A model generated the notes under the pieces. It was not told the origin of the DNA. It searched no databases and saw only the letters and a program-made list of their open reading frames with translations. A stretch of 64,000 nt of DNA from positions 27,365-91,364 of the forward strand of contig JBJHDM010000006.1 of NCBI GenBank assembly GCA_050486545.1, read 5' to 3'. This DNA comes from Rhodocyclaceae bacterium. Its GTDB lineage: Bacteria; Pseudomonadota; Gammaproteobacteria; Burkholderiales; Rhodocyclaceae. The translations under genes were made by a program, and so were the position numbers. Of this stretch, positions 40,155-48,838 are shown piece by piece. Position 1 is the stretch's first letter. Each line of letters starts with the position of its first letter.

Positions 40155-40967
40155 TCAGTTGCCCGGCACAAGCATCACCGGAATCTGGGCACGACGGCAC
40201 ACCGTTTCGGCGGTACTGCCGAGCAGGAGTTCACGCATGTGGTTGTGTCCACGCTTGCCGACGACAATCAGGTCAGCATGGATATCGCGTGCAGCACGCA
40301 AAATGACCTCTGCCGCCAGCCCCACCTCGATGCGCGTCTGGACCGGGCGGGCACGCCCACGGTTCAGGCGGTCGACGTGCTCCTGCGCACAGTGCTGCTC
40401 GTCGGCCCGATCCTCGGCGAGACCACGTTCCATTGCGCACACCGCCAACCCCTCGACCCCGGCATCGATCAGTTCGCGAAAAAAACGTTCCGCCCCCTGC
40501 GAGGCGCCGGAACAGTCGAACCCGAGCACAGCACGCGAAATACGCTCCGGTGGTGGCAATGCTGCGTGGACGGGGATCAGCAACAGGGGTAGCGTGGTCA
40601 GGCGTGCGACGTTGAGCACGGTGCTGCCCAAGAAGAAGTCGTGCAGCGTGCTGTGCCCGTGGGACCCTGCGAGCAGGCAGTCCGCGCCGATTTCCCGAGC
40701 GACGTCGATGAGCGCGGCAGCCGGATCACCGGAAACCACCCGGCCGTCGGCCGGCAAGCCGACAACCTTCAGGGCATCTGCACTCGCAGCCAACCGGGCT
40801 TCGTACTGGTCGCGATGCGTTTCGGCAGGTGCCTGCGGATAGCGGCTGGCGAGCACATGCACCAGGGTCAGGCGCTCACATCCCCATCCGCGCAGTTTGG
40901 GCAAATGCCGGAACATGACGTCCCAGGCCAGCGAAAAGTCGACTGCAACGGCGATGTGCTTGAACAT
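40155..40967 (-). CDS. tandem universal stress protein (UspA) domain protein
   Basis: 270 aa. Two Usp repeats, each ending in G(S/K)(H/R)G...LGS(T/V). ATG at 40967, 11 nt after the acr3 stop. The 607-aa track ORF is an artefactual extension. Confidence 0.8.
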   Translation of the reverse strand: MFKHIAVAVDFSLAWDVMFRHLPKLRGWGCERLTLVHVLASRYPQAPAETHRDQYEARLAASADALKVVGLPADGRVVSGDPAAALIDVAREIGADCLLAGSHGHSTLHDFFLGSTVLNVARLTTLPLLLIPVHAALPPPERISRAVLGFDCSGASQGAERFFRELIDAGVEGLAVCAMERGLAEDRADEQHCAQEHVDRLNRGRARPVQTRIEVGLAAEVILRAARDIHADLIVVGKRGHNHMRELLLGSTAETVCRRAQIPVMLVPGN

Positions 40968-40978
40968 GCGGGGACCTC

Positions 40979-42070
40979 CTAAGCCCGGGCCGGCGCAGCC
41001 GAGGGAAACTGGTTTCGGGTCCGGTTGGCGATGCGTACCAGGGCCAGCATCAGCGGCACCTCGACGAGCACGCCGACCACCGTCGCCAGCGCGGCTCCGG
41101 ACTGCAGGCCGAACAGCGCGATCGCGGCCGCGACCGCCAGTTCGAAGAAATTGCTCGCACCGATCATCGCACCGGGAGCCGCCACCGGGTGCGGCACCTT
41201 CCACGCCCGTGCCCAGCCATACGCGATGAAGAAGATCAGGAAGGTCTGGAGGATCAACGGCACCGCGATCAGCACGATGTGCAGCGGATTGTTCAGGATC
41301 ACCTCGCCCTGGAAGGCGAACAGCAGCACCAGCGTGACCAGCAGCGCAGCCGGCGTAACCGGGCCGATGCGGCGCAGGAACACATTGTCGAACCACTCGA
41401 TGCCGTGCCGACGGATCAGGAAGACGCGGGTCGCATAGCCGGCCGACAGCGGAATCACGATGTAGAGCAGGACCGACAGCGCAACCGTATCCCAGGGCAC
41501 GATGATGTTCGAGACGCCGAGCAGGAAGACCACGATCGGCGCGAACGCGAACAACATGATGAGGTCGTTCAGCGCGACCTGTACCAGTGTGTAGGCGGCA
41601 TCGCCGCGGGTCAGGTAGCTCCAAACGAACACCATGGCGGTGCAGGGCGCAGCCCCGAGCAGAATCGCCCCGGCCAGATACTCGCGCGCGAGATCCTCGG
41701 GGATGAACGGTCGGAACACCACGATCAGGAAGAACCACGAGATCGCGAACATCGTGAACGGCTTGATCAGCCAGTTCACCGAGGTCGTGATCAACAACCC
41801 CTTGGGCTGGCGACGGACACCGACGATCGCAGCGAAATCGATCTGCACCATCATCGGAAAGATCATCGCCCAGATCAGCACCGCCACGGGCAAGGAAACC
41901 TGCGCGTACTCGAGCTTTGCAAGCGCAGCCGGCACGACCGGCGCCAGCTGCCCCAACGCCACCCCCGCGACGATGCACAACCCTACCCAGATGGTGAGAT
42001 AGCGTTCGAAAAAACCCAGCCCACCGCTGCGCGCGGGCTCGTCGTCGTGCCGTTCGTTCATCGTGTCCAT
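40979..42070 (-). CDS. acr3: ACR3-family arsenite efflux permease
   Basis: 363 aa polytopic protein with Acr3-like sequence (FFERYLTIWV...GAAPCTAMV...). Follows arsR by 7 nt. Confidence 0.85.
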   Translation of the reverse strand: MDTMNERHDDEPARSGGLGFFERYLTIWVGLCIVAGVALGQLAPVVPAALAKLEYAQVSLPVAVLIWAMIFPMMVQIDFAAIVGVRRQPKGLLITTSVNWLIKPFTMFAISWFFLIVVFRPFIPEDLAREYLAGAILLGAAPCTAMVFVWSYLTRGDAAYTLVQVALNDLIMLFAFAPIVVFLLGVSNIIVPWDTVALSVLLYIVIPLSAGYATRVFLIRRHGIEWFDNVFLRRIGPVTPAALLVTLVLLFAFQGEVILNNPLHIVLIAVPLILQTFLIFFIAYGWARAWKVPHPVAAPGAMIGASNFFELAVAAAIALFGLQSGAALATVVGVLVEVPLMLALVRIANRTRNQFPSAAPARA

Positions 42071-42077
42071 TCCGACT

Positions 42078-42413
42078 CTAGCTGCAAGCCTCCAGCGAGG
42101 GACGCTGCCCCATGCCGACTAGCCGGCTGCGGTCCCGCGCCCAATCACTGCCGCAAGCAGCCGCTTGCAACGCATCAATCACCCAACCCGGCAGATCCCT
42201 GCGCAGGCGATAGTGCACCCATTGCCCGCGCCGCTCGTCCTCCACCAGCCCGCCCTCGCGCAGCATCGCGAGATGCCTGGAGACCTTGGGCTGCGACAGC
42301 TCCAGTGCGTAGGTCAGTTCGCACACGCACAAGGACCCCTCGCCCTGCAGCAGCAGCGCACAGCGCAAGCGGGTGGAATCGGCGAGAAGGCGGAAGAGTT
42401 GCTCGGGCGTCAT
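42078..42413 (-). CDS. arsR: ArsR-family metalloregulator
   Basis: 111 aa. LCVCELTYALELSQPKVSRHLAMLREGGLV wHTH with the CVC metal site. Confidence 0.9.
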   Translation of the reverse strand: MTPEQLFRLLADSTRLRCALLLQGEGSLCVCELTYALELSQPKVSRHLAMLREGGLVEDERRGQWVHYRLRRDLPGWVIDALQAAACGSDWARDRSRLVGMGQRPSLEACS

Positions 42414-42563
42414 GGCTGGAGTGTACCAAACATACGCACATCCACATATACAGATCTTCGGATTTGATCCAAGTCACTCTCACCAAGGAGGCATGTCGGC
42501 AAGAGTACGCCGTCCCCCGGATCGTCACCGGCCTGCAACAGAGGGCGTCTATCGTGCCGCTCC

Positions 42564-43889
42564 GTGAAGCAGACGAACGTTTCGTTCGCATCCGACATGA
42601 CGATCACGATTCCCGCCCTACCCGGAGCCCTCCCGATGCACAGTTCTTCCAGCCCGATTTCCACCTCCACGCCACCTGCGCGCAAGAACGCGATCAGGGA
42701 GTACACCCGCGAACTCCTGATCGAGGTGCCACCGATCGGATCGGCGACCACCAACGAAGAGGTCTTCCGGACCTTCAACGAGCAAGAACATCTGGTCAGC
42801 CTTCCCGTCGTCGAGGATGGGCGCCCGATCGGCCTGATCAATCGCCACATCTTCATGGAAAGCCTGGCCCGTCCGTTCCATCGCGAGATCTACCTCCGCA
42901 AGAGCTGCATCGCGTTCATGGGCAAGAACCCGCTCGTCGTCGAGGAAGACACAAGCATCGAGGAACTGTCGTTCCGCGTCCTGGCAGACGGCAGCAAGGC
43001 GCTCACCGACGGCTTCGTCATCGTGCGCGAGGGCATCTACGCGGGTCTCGGCCTGGCTCATGACATGCTGGCTGCGCTGGCTCATCTCCAGGCGGAGAAG
43101 AACCGTCTCGTCATGGAATCGATCGACTACGGCAGCATCATTCAGCAGTCGCTTTCGCGCGCTTCGCGCGAGGGCATGCGCGAGCATCTGCCCGATCACT
43201 TCCTGATCTGGGAACCCCGTGACGTCGTGAGCGGAGATTTCTACCACTTCCAGGACTTTGGCGACGGATTCCTGCTGGTCCTTTTCGACTGCACCGGTCA
43301 TGGCGTTCCGGGTGCCTTCATGACCCTCATCATGTCAGCCTTCCTGCAAGGCGCGATCAATGGAAAGACCTGCCGCGACCCGGGCGCGCTGATTGCCGAA
43401 ATCAACCGCAAGGTCAAGATCGCAATGGGCCAGCTCGACCACAGCCCCGATTCGGCAACGGAAGCGCATTCGGACGACGGCATGGACGCCGCCTTTTGCT
43501 GGTTCGATCGCGATCTTCGCCGCCTGACCTATGCCGGTGCCCACATGCCGTTGATGCTGATGCTGCCCGACACGGAAGGCGTCACCGTGATCGACGGCGA
43601 CCGGCAGGGCGTGGGCTACGCCACGACGGCCATGGACCAGTCCTGGCAAAACCACGAGATCACGCTCCCCGCGGGGACCACGTTGTACCTGTTCTCCGAC
43701 GGCATCTTCGATCAACTCGGTGGAGACAAACGTATCGCCTTCGGGAAACGGCGTGTTCGTGAATGTCTCATCGAACACCGTAGCCGCCCCATGCCGGAAC
43801 AGCGCCATGCCCTGCTCCAGGCCTTGACCGCATACCAAGGCACCGAAGCGCGCAAGGACGACGTCAGCGCGATCGGCCTCCGCCTCTGA
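42564..43889 (+). CDS. SiaA-like PP2C (SpoIIE-type) protein phosphatase with an N-terminal CBS pair
   Basis: ~430-441 aa. CBS-like region, then SGDFYHF..LLVLFDCTGHGVPGAFM and DDVSAIGLRL PP2C motifs. Start ambiguous: GTG at 42564 or ATG at 42597. Confidence 0.8.
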   Translation: MKQTNVSFASDMTITIPALPGALPMHSSSSPISTSTPPARKNAIREYTRELLIEVPPIGSATTNEEVFRTFNEQEHLVSLPVVEDGRPIGLINRHIFMESLARPFHREIYLRKSCIAFMGKNPLVVEEDTSIEELSFRVLADGSKALTDGFVIVREGIYAGLGLAHDMLAALAHLQAEKNRLVMESIDYGSIIQQSLSRASREGMREHLPDHFLIWEPRDVVSGDFYHFQDFGDGFLLVLFDCTGHGVPGAFMTLIMSAFLQGAINGKTCRDPGALIAEINRKVKIAMGQLDHSPDSATEAHSDDGMDAAFCWFDRDLRRLTYAGAHMPLMLMLPDTEGVTVIDGDRQGVGYATTAMDQSWQNHEITLPAGTTLYLFSDGIFDQLGGDKRIAFGKRRVRECLIEHRSRPMPEQRHALLQALTAYQGTEARKDDVSAIGLRL

Positions 43890-43906
43890 ACTCGGAGGAT
43901 TTTCCC

Positions 43907-44455
43907 TTGAAACTCGGTCATTTCAACGATTTCTGCACCCGTGCCGCATCCGACGGCGTGTTGTTCTACTACACCGGCGCGTTTACCTCGAACGTGGTCG
44001 GCACCCTTTCGGACACCGTCCGGGAACGGCTCGAAGCCCTGGGTACGCCCGACAGGCACAGGCGCAAGGTGTTCTCCACCTTCATGGAGATGGCGCAGAA
44101 CATTCTCCACTACGCCGACGCCACCCCGGGTGGCGGCCGGCGCATCGGCGCCTTGGCGGTCGGGCACGGGATCGGAAAGTTCTACGTCTTGTGCGGCAAC
44201 CCGGTGCGGATCGACCAGGTCGAGCGCATCCGCGACAAGCTCGAGCCGCTACGCACCATGACGCTGGACGAGATCAAGCTCGCCTACCGCCAGCAACTCC
44301 GCAACGACGCGCATGCGGAAGACGCCTTCAGCAAGGGCGCAGGGCTGGGTTTCCTGACGGTCGCGCGCGAGGCAAGCGAGCCGATCGACTACCAGATCGT
44401 CTATCGCGCCGACCAGCCATCCCACGCCGAGTTCTATCTACGTGCGGTCATCTGA
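43907..44455 (+). CDS. siaB: SiaB-family protein kinase
   Basis: 182 aa. Its pattern and position (between the PP2C phosphatase and the SiaC-like gene) match Pseudomonas SiaB. TTG start with GGAGGA 7 nt upstream. Confidence 0.7.
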   Translation: MKLGHFNDFCTRAASDGVLFYYTGAFTSNVVGTLSDTVRERLEALGTPDRHRRKVFSTFMEMAQNILHYADATPGGGRRIGALAVGHGIGKFYVLCGNPVRIDQVERIRDKLEPLRTMTLDEIKLAYRQQLRNDAHAEDAFSKGAGLGFLTVAREASEPIDYQIVYRADQPSHAEFYLRAVI

Positions 44456-44488
44456 CCCACGACAAACCTCGATCAAGGAGTTCGCCTT

Positions 44489-44881
44489 ATGCAAACCCTG
44501 CACATTCCCGCCACGAAGGAAACCCCGGAAGTCCATCTGGATACGGAAAGCATGAGCTTTCACCTATCCGGGGAATCGTATCCGGAAAACGCCATGGCCT
44601 TCTATGCACCGATCCGCTCCAGCCTGCAGCACTTTCTGGAAACCCCATCGGCAACAGACGGGGTGCAAGCCCACTTCAAGCTGCGCTATTTCAACAGCGC
44701 CAGCACGAAGCTGATCCGCGCTCTGGTCGCCATGCTGCAACAGAAGGCCAGCGACGGGATCCGTGTCGTCACGCATTGGTACCACGATCCGGACGACGAC
44801 ATGATGGCCGAGTTCGGCATGGATCTGAAGGAAGAATTCGACGCCCTGGAGTTCAACGTGGTCGCAAGCGAGAGCCTTTGA
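44489..44881 (+). CDS. siaC: SiaC-family (DUF1987) regulatory phosphoprotein
   Basis: 130 aa. LHIPATKETPEV...GESYPEN...YFNSASTK...HWYHDPDD resembles P. aeruginosa SiaC. AAGGAG RBS. Confidence 0.8.
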   Translation: MQTLHIPATKETPEVHLDTESMSFHLSGESYPENAMAFYAPIRSSLQHFLETPSATDGVQAHFKLRYFNSASTKLIRALVAMLQQKASDGIRVVTHWYHDPDDDMMAEFGMDLKEEFDALEFNVVASESL

Positions 44882-44922
44882 TTTCTCGCCGAAGCACCCT
44901 CCATCGAGGCCCGGGCCATCGG

Positions 44923-46281
44923 TCAGTGTCCGGAAACCCCGCTACGGTCTTCGTCCGAGCGCACGGAGAGCCCCAGCCGCTTCATCCGCTCCCACAGGTT
45001 CTTCCGGCTGATCCCAAGATGCGCGGCCGTGCGGGCAATCTGGCCATCGTTGGCTTCCAGCACTTTCGCGATGTAGGCGCGCTCACAGGATTGCAAGTAC
45101 CCCACCAGCCCTTCGGTCGGGTCTCCATCGCGCAGTTCGCTCGGCAGCGGGGTCTCGAAGAGTGCTTCGAGCATCAGGTCCTCTCCCGGACTCAGGATGC
45201 AGGCGCGCTCGATCGCATGCTTGAGCTCGCGGATATTCCCGGGCCACTGGTGCATGAGCAGGGCTTGCTCGACCGAAGCCGTGAGACGCTTGTGCTCACC
45301 TGGATGATCCGCGCAATAGGTGGCAAGCAGGCGGCGGGCCAGCCAGACGATGTCCTCGCGACGCTCACGGAGCGGAGGGATCCTGAGGTGGATGACGTGG
45401 ATGCGATAGAAGAGGTCGTCGCGAAAGCTGCCCTCCTCGACCATCTCCCGCAAGTCGCGATGGGTCGCGCAGATCAACCGCAGATCGACGGGAACGGCAC
45501 GCTCGCCCCCGACCCGCACGATGCGGCGATCCTGGATCGCCCGCAGCAACTTGACCTGCATCGCCAGCGGCATATCGCCGACCTCGTCGAGAAACAATGT
45601 TCCGCCATCGGCCTGCTCGAACACGCCGGGCCGCGCTCGGACCGCACCGGTAAATGCGCCCTTCTCATGGCCGAACAGTTCCGCCTCGAGCAGGTTCTCG
45701 GAGATCGCCCCACAGTTGACCGCGATGAACGGGCTGTCCGCCGTGCCGCTCGCCAAGCGATGCAGTTCGCGCGCGACCACCTCCTTGCCGACCCCGGACT
45801 CCCCGGAGATCAGCACGGTGCGGGCCTGCTGTGCGAGCCGTGGCAGCAGCGTCTCCATATGGCGCATCGCGCCGGACACCCCGAGACGGCAACTCACCGG
45901 CTCGGCGGGCGGCTCCGCAAGCAACCCGGCCAGCTTCTCGACCAGCGCATCGAGATCGAACGGTTTGGTGATGTAATCCGAGGCTCCGGCCTTGAGAAGT
46001 TCCACCGCTCGATCGATCGCCCCGTACCCGGTAATGAACAGCCAAGGTGGCAAGCGCACCCCGCACGACTTGAGCGAAAAATACAGCTCGTCACCACCGA
46101 TGTCGGGAAGCCGGATATCGCTGACCACGGCCGCGTAACGCCCGGACGATACGGCCAGCCCCGCGTCGTTGCCCGAGCGGTACCAGTCGAAATCGAACCC
46201 CTCGAGCTCGAAGCGATCGCACAGGGACTCCCCCATGATCTCGTCGTCCTCAATCAGGCAAAGGCGCGGTTTTGCACTCAT
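44923..46281 (-). CDS. arxR: sigma54-dependent (NtrC-family) response regulator, ArxR/AioR-like
   Basis: 452 aa. Receiver domain, AAA+ domain (GESGVGKE, GAFTGA, ESELFGHEKGAF-like) and a C-terminal Fis-type HTH. 4-nt overlap with the kinase gene. Confidence 0.7.
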   Translation of the reverse strand: MSAKPRLCLIEDDEIMGESLCDRFELEGFDFDWYRSGNDAGLAVSSGRYAAVVSDIRLPDIGGDELYFSLKSCGVRLPPWLFITGYGAIDRAVELLKAGASDYITKPFDLDALVEKLAGLLAEPPAEPVSCRLGVSGAMRHMETLLPRLAQQARTVLISGESGVGKEVVARELHRLASGTADSPFIAVNCGAISENLLEAELFGHEKGAFTGAVRARPGVFEQADGGTLFLDEVGDMPLAMQVKLLRAIQDRRIVRVGGERAVPVDLRLICATHRDLREMVEEGSFRDDLFYRIHVIHLRIPPLRERREDIVWLARRLLATYCADHPGEHKRLTASVEQALLMHQWPGNIRELKHAIERACILSPGEDLMLEALFETPLPSELRDGDPTEGLVGYLQSCERAYIAKVLEANDGQIARTAAHLGISRKNLWERMKRLGLSVRSDEDRSGVSGH

Positions 46282-47732
46282 GAAACGGACTCCGTGATGG
46301 GAAGGATGACCGTGAACACCGTCCCGACCAACTCGTCGCTATCGACTTCGATGCTGCCCCCCAGTTGCTGCACGAGTTGATACGTCACCCAGAGCCCCAG
46401 CCCGTGCCCATCGGAAGTCGATCCGACGAAGGGTTCGAACAGGTGAGTCAGGCGGTCGCGCGGGATCGGCTGGCCGCGATTGGCGACCCGCGCTTCGAAT
46501 ACGGTCCCACGTCGATCGATGTCGCACACGATCTCGCTCCCCGGTTCCGCCGCCTGCACGGCATTGAGCAGGAGATTGAGCAGAATCTGCCGCACCTGCG
46601 TGGAAGGCAGGGACACGGCTTCGGCGAGGGTACCGCGCCACACGAGATGGACACGCTTGCGAACGAGGTGCGGCTGCAGCAAGGTCCGCAGATCGTCGAA
46701 ATCCTGCGCGGTCAGTGGATGGCTCTGCAGCCGAGCCTCGACCAGCAGCGCGGCGACCGTCTCCTTGATCTGGAGCAGTCCCCGTTCCAGCAGGGGCAGG
46801 GTCTTGGTCGTGAGTTGCTCGGGCTGGCCATGCCGCTTGTAGGTACTGATCGCGTTGAGCATGCCGCCGAGCGGGTTGTTGATCTCGTGGGCGATTCCGG
46901 CCGTGATCCGTCCGATCGCAGCCAGGCGCTCGCTGGCGATGATCTGTCGCTCCAGCGCCTCCTTCTCCCGAAGCGCCGTCAACATGAGCTTGAGTTGCGT
47001 GCCGGCACGCCCGACTTCATCGCGCGACTCGTACAGCCGGCATTCGGCCTCGGCCGGAATGCTGTCCCCGACCCGGCTCATGCAGTCGGCAAGTTGGACG
47101 AGCGGGTCGGCCATTCGGCGCCCCCAATACCAGCTGATCGGCAGCAGCACCGCAAGCACGAGCAGCGTGATCAGCGCGGCGCGATTGACGATGCTGAGGA
47201 AGCGGGGCTGGAAGATCGACCTGGGGTATTCCATGACCAGCGTGCCCAGTGGTACGCCGTCGAAGACAATGGGCATCAGCAGATGAAACTCGCTTGCATC
47301 CGGCAGTTCGATCGCCCGCGACTCCAGTAGGGGACGGCCGTCAAGTTCCGCTGCGAGCCGTGCGTAGGTCGGGCCCAGCCGGGCCAGATCGAACTGGATC
47401 GGGTGCTCGCGCGGACGAGTCGACGCATAGACTCGCTGCTGGGCGTCGAGTACGAGCATCAATTCGGCACCCAGCGACGCCTGCGCCCCCGTATGCACGG
47501 GCATGCTGATGATCTCGTAGGCCCGCCACAGGTCGTCGTGCAGCATCGGCGTGATCAGCGTCATCGCCAGCACCCGCCCGAGGCTTTCCGCACTCTCGAA
47601 TAGATCGGTCCGCAACTGCTCGTATTCGCGCATCACGTTGGCCACGGTCAGCATCACCGCGGTGACCAGCACCAGCAGCGTCGCCCGCAGCGGGATCTTG
47701 TAGCGGAAACTGAGGTCGTGAAAACGCAACAT
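46278..47732 (-). CDS. arxS: membrane sensor histidine kinase, ArxS/AioS-like
   Basis: 484 aa. Two TM segments flank a ~160-aa periplasmic loop. H-box AGIAHEINNPL and an HATPase domain. ATG at 47732, 1 nt after the arxX stop. Confidence 0.65.
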   Translation of the reverse strand: MLRFHDLSFRYKIPLRATLLVLVTAVMLTVANVMREYEQLRTDLFESAESLGRVLAMTLITPMLHDDLWRAYEIISMPVHTGAQASLGAELMLVLDAQQRVYASTRPREHPIQFDLARLGPTYARLAAELDGRPLLESRAIELPDASEFHLLMPIVFDGVPLGTLVMEYPRSIFQPRFLSIVNRAALITLLVLAVLLPISWYWGRRMADPLVQLADCMSRVGDSIPAEAECRLYESRDEVGRAGTQLKLMLTALREKEALERQIIASERLAAIGRITAGIAHEINNPLGGMLNAISTYKRHGQPEQLTTKTLPLLERGLLQIKETVAALLVEARLQSHPLTAQDFDDLRTLLQPHLVRKRVHLVWRGTLAEAVSLPSTQVRQILLNLLLNAVQAAEPGSEIVCDIDRRGTVFEARVANRGQPIPRDRLTHLFEPFVGSTSDGHGLGLWVTYQLVQQLGGSIEVDSDELVGTVFTVILPITESVS

Positions 47733-47733
47733 C

Positions 47734-48618
47734 TCAGCGCCGGTCGACAAGGCGCGCCATTTCGCGGATCTCGCCGAACATGGCCGGGTCGCCGGGCACG
47801 AAGCCATCAAGGTTCAGCGTCTCGAGCAGCCGTGCTCCCGCGGGGTCATCGCGCATGTTGAGGAATACCCCCTGCGCAGCATCGAAGATCGCGTCATCGA
47901 TATCGCTTCGCGCCACGAACGGAGGAAAACCGTAGACCGGGGATGTCGAGATCACCCGCGTGTCCGCCGTGATTTCCGGATGGATGCGATCGAGCGTCTC
48001 CCAGACGTAACCGGCCACGGCTCCGCCGTCGGCGAGCCCGACCGAAACGGCCTCGACGACCTTGCGATGGGACCACGTATAGAAACTGCGGCGAAAAAAC
48101 TGCTCGGGACTGCGACGGGCGCGGTGAAGCAGGAACCGGGGATACAGCGATCCTGAGAAGGAATTCGGATCGGAAAAGGCAAACACCCGTCCAGCGAGGT
48201 CCTCCATGCCGTTGACCTCACGGGCATCGTGCCGCGCGATCAGATAGGAGCGGTATTCGGGTCGCCCGAGATGCAAGGGTACGGCCATCAGCCGAAGTCG
48301 ATCCTGGTCCATCACGTACGGGTAGCCGCACATCCACGCGATGTCGAGCGTCTTCGCGTTGATCTGCTCGGAGATCTCCCGGTAGCTCGAGCGCTGCACA
48401 AAGGTCACCGGCAGGCCAGTCTTCTGCGCAATGTAATCACGCCAGCGGTTCAGAAACGCGGCCTGATCGTCAAGAAACACCGGCGTCAGGCCGATGCGCA
48501 AGCTGTTTCCAAGCTCGTCGATCGCACCAAGCGCGGGGACAGACGCACCTAGCGCGATCGCTCCGAGACCCGTCAGGAAATCACGTCGTTCCATCGCCAC
48601 CAATACGCTCTCGAACAT
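47734..48618 (-). CDS. arxX: periplasmic PhnD/AioX-type substrate-binding protein, ArxX-like
   Basis: ~294 aa. Tat-like leader MERRDFLTGLGAIALGA and a PBP fold-type sequence. First gene of the X-S-R trio, divergent from the Mo-enzyme operon. Confidence 0.65.
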   Translation of the reverse strand: MFESVLVAMERRDFLTGLGAIALGASVPALGAIDELGNSLRIGLTPVFLDDQAAFLNRWRDYIAQKTGLPVTFVQRSSYREISEQINAKTLDIAWMCGYPYVMDQDRLRLMAVPLHLGRPEYRSYLIARHDAREVNGMEDLAGRVFAFSDPNSFSGSLYPRFLLHRARRSPEQFFRRSFYTWSHRKVVEAVSVGLADGGAVAGYVWETLDRIHPEITADTRVISTSPVYGFPPFVARSDIDDAIFDAAQGVFLNMRDDPAGARLLETLNLDGFVPGDPAMFGEIREMARLVDRR

Positions 48619-48710
48619 GCACCCCGGACCGAGTGTACCGCCTTCGTTCGGCCGCTGCGAGTCCGCCTTTCGCCCGGTTTCGTGGCTAAAACAGCGGCAA
48701 CCGAAGTCAT

Positions 48711-48768
48711 GTTACCCGGGCGTAACCCCTGCAGATACGGCCGGCATACGCAGTTACCCATCGGTAAC
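48711..48768. promoter_or_regulatory. two GTTAC-N6-GTAAC inverted repeats (candidate ArxR enhancer sites)
   Basis: 48711-48726 (GTTACccgggcGTAAC) and 48753-48768 (GTTACccatcgGTAAC). Centres are 42 bp apart and lie 53 and 95 bp upstream of the -24 element. Confidence 0.5.
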
Positions 48769-48811
48769 ATCGATCTGCCAATTACCCCGACATCCGTATG
48801 GATTTCGAACA

Positions 48812-48826
48812 TGGCATGAATCGTGC
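48812..48826 (+). promoter_or_regulatory. sigma54 (-24/-12) type promoter for arxB2ABCD
   Basis: TGGCATgaatcGTGC versus the consensus TGGCAC-N5-TTGC. GG and GC have the correct spacing. The predicted transcription start falls within 1-2 nt of the arxB2 ATG, which needs checking. Confidence 0.45.
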
Positions 48827-48838
48827 GGATTACCATGC

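Noticed and set aside
40155-41978. The 607-aa track ORF as a single large protein.
   Set aside because: Only the last 270 residues, from the ATG at 40967, form a coherent tandem-Usp protein. The upstream part is Arg/Gly-rich and overlaps the clearly recognisable ACR3 permease, which is encoded in another frame.
48711-48768. Equating the GTTAC-N6-GTAAC arx sites with the TTACCC/GGGTAA-rich blocks of the sulfur upstream element, because both contain GGTAAC-like words.
   Set aside because: The arx sites are inverted repeats with a fixed 6-nt spacer. The sulfur element has direct (T/C)ACCC repeats with different spacing. The similarity is limited to a 5-6-mer and is probably chance.
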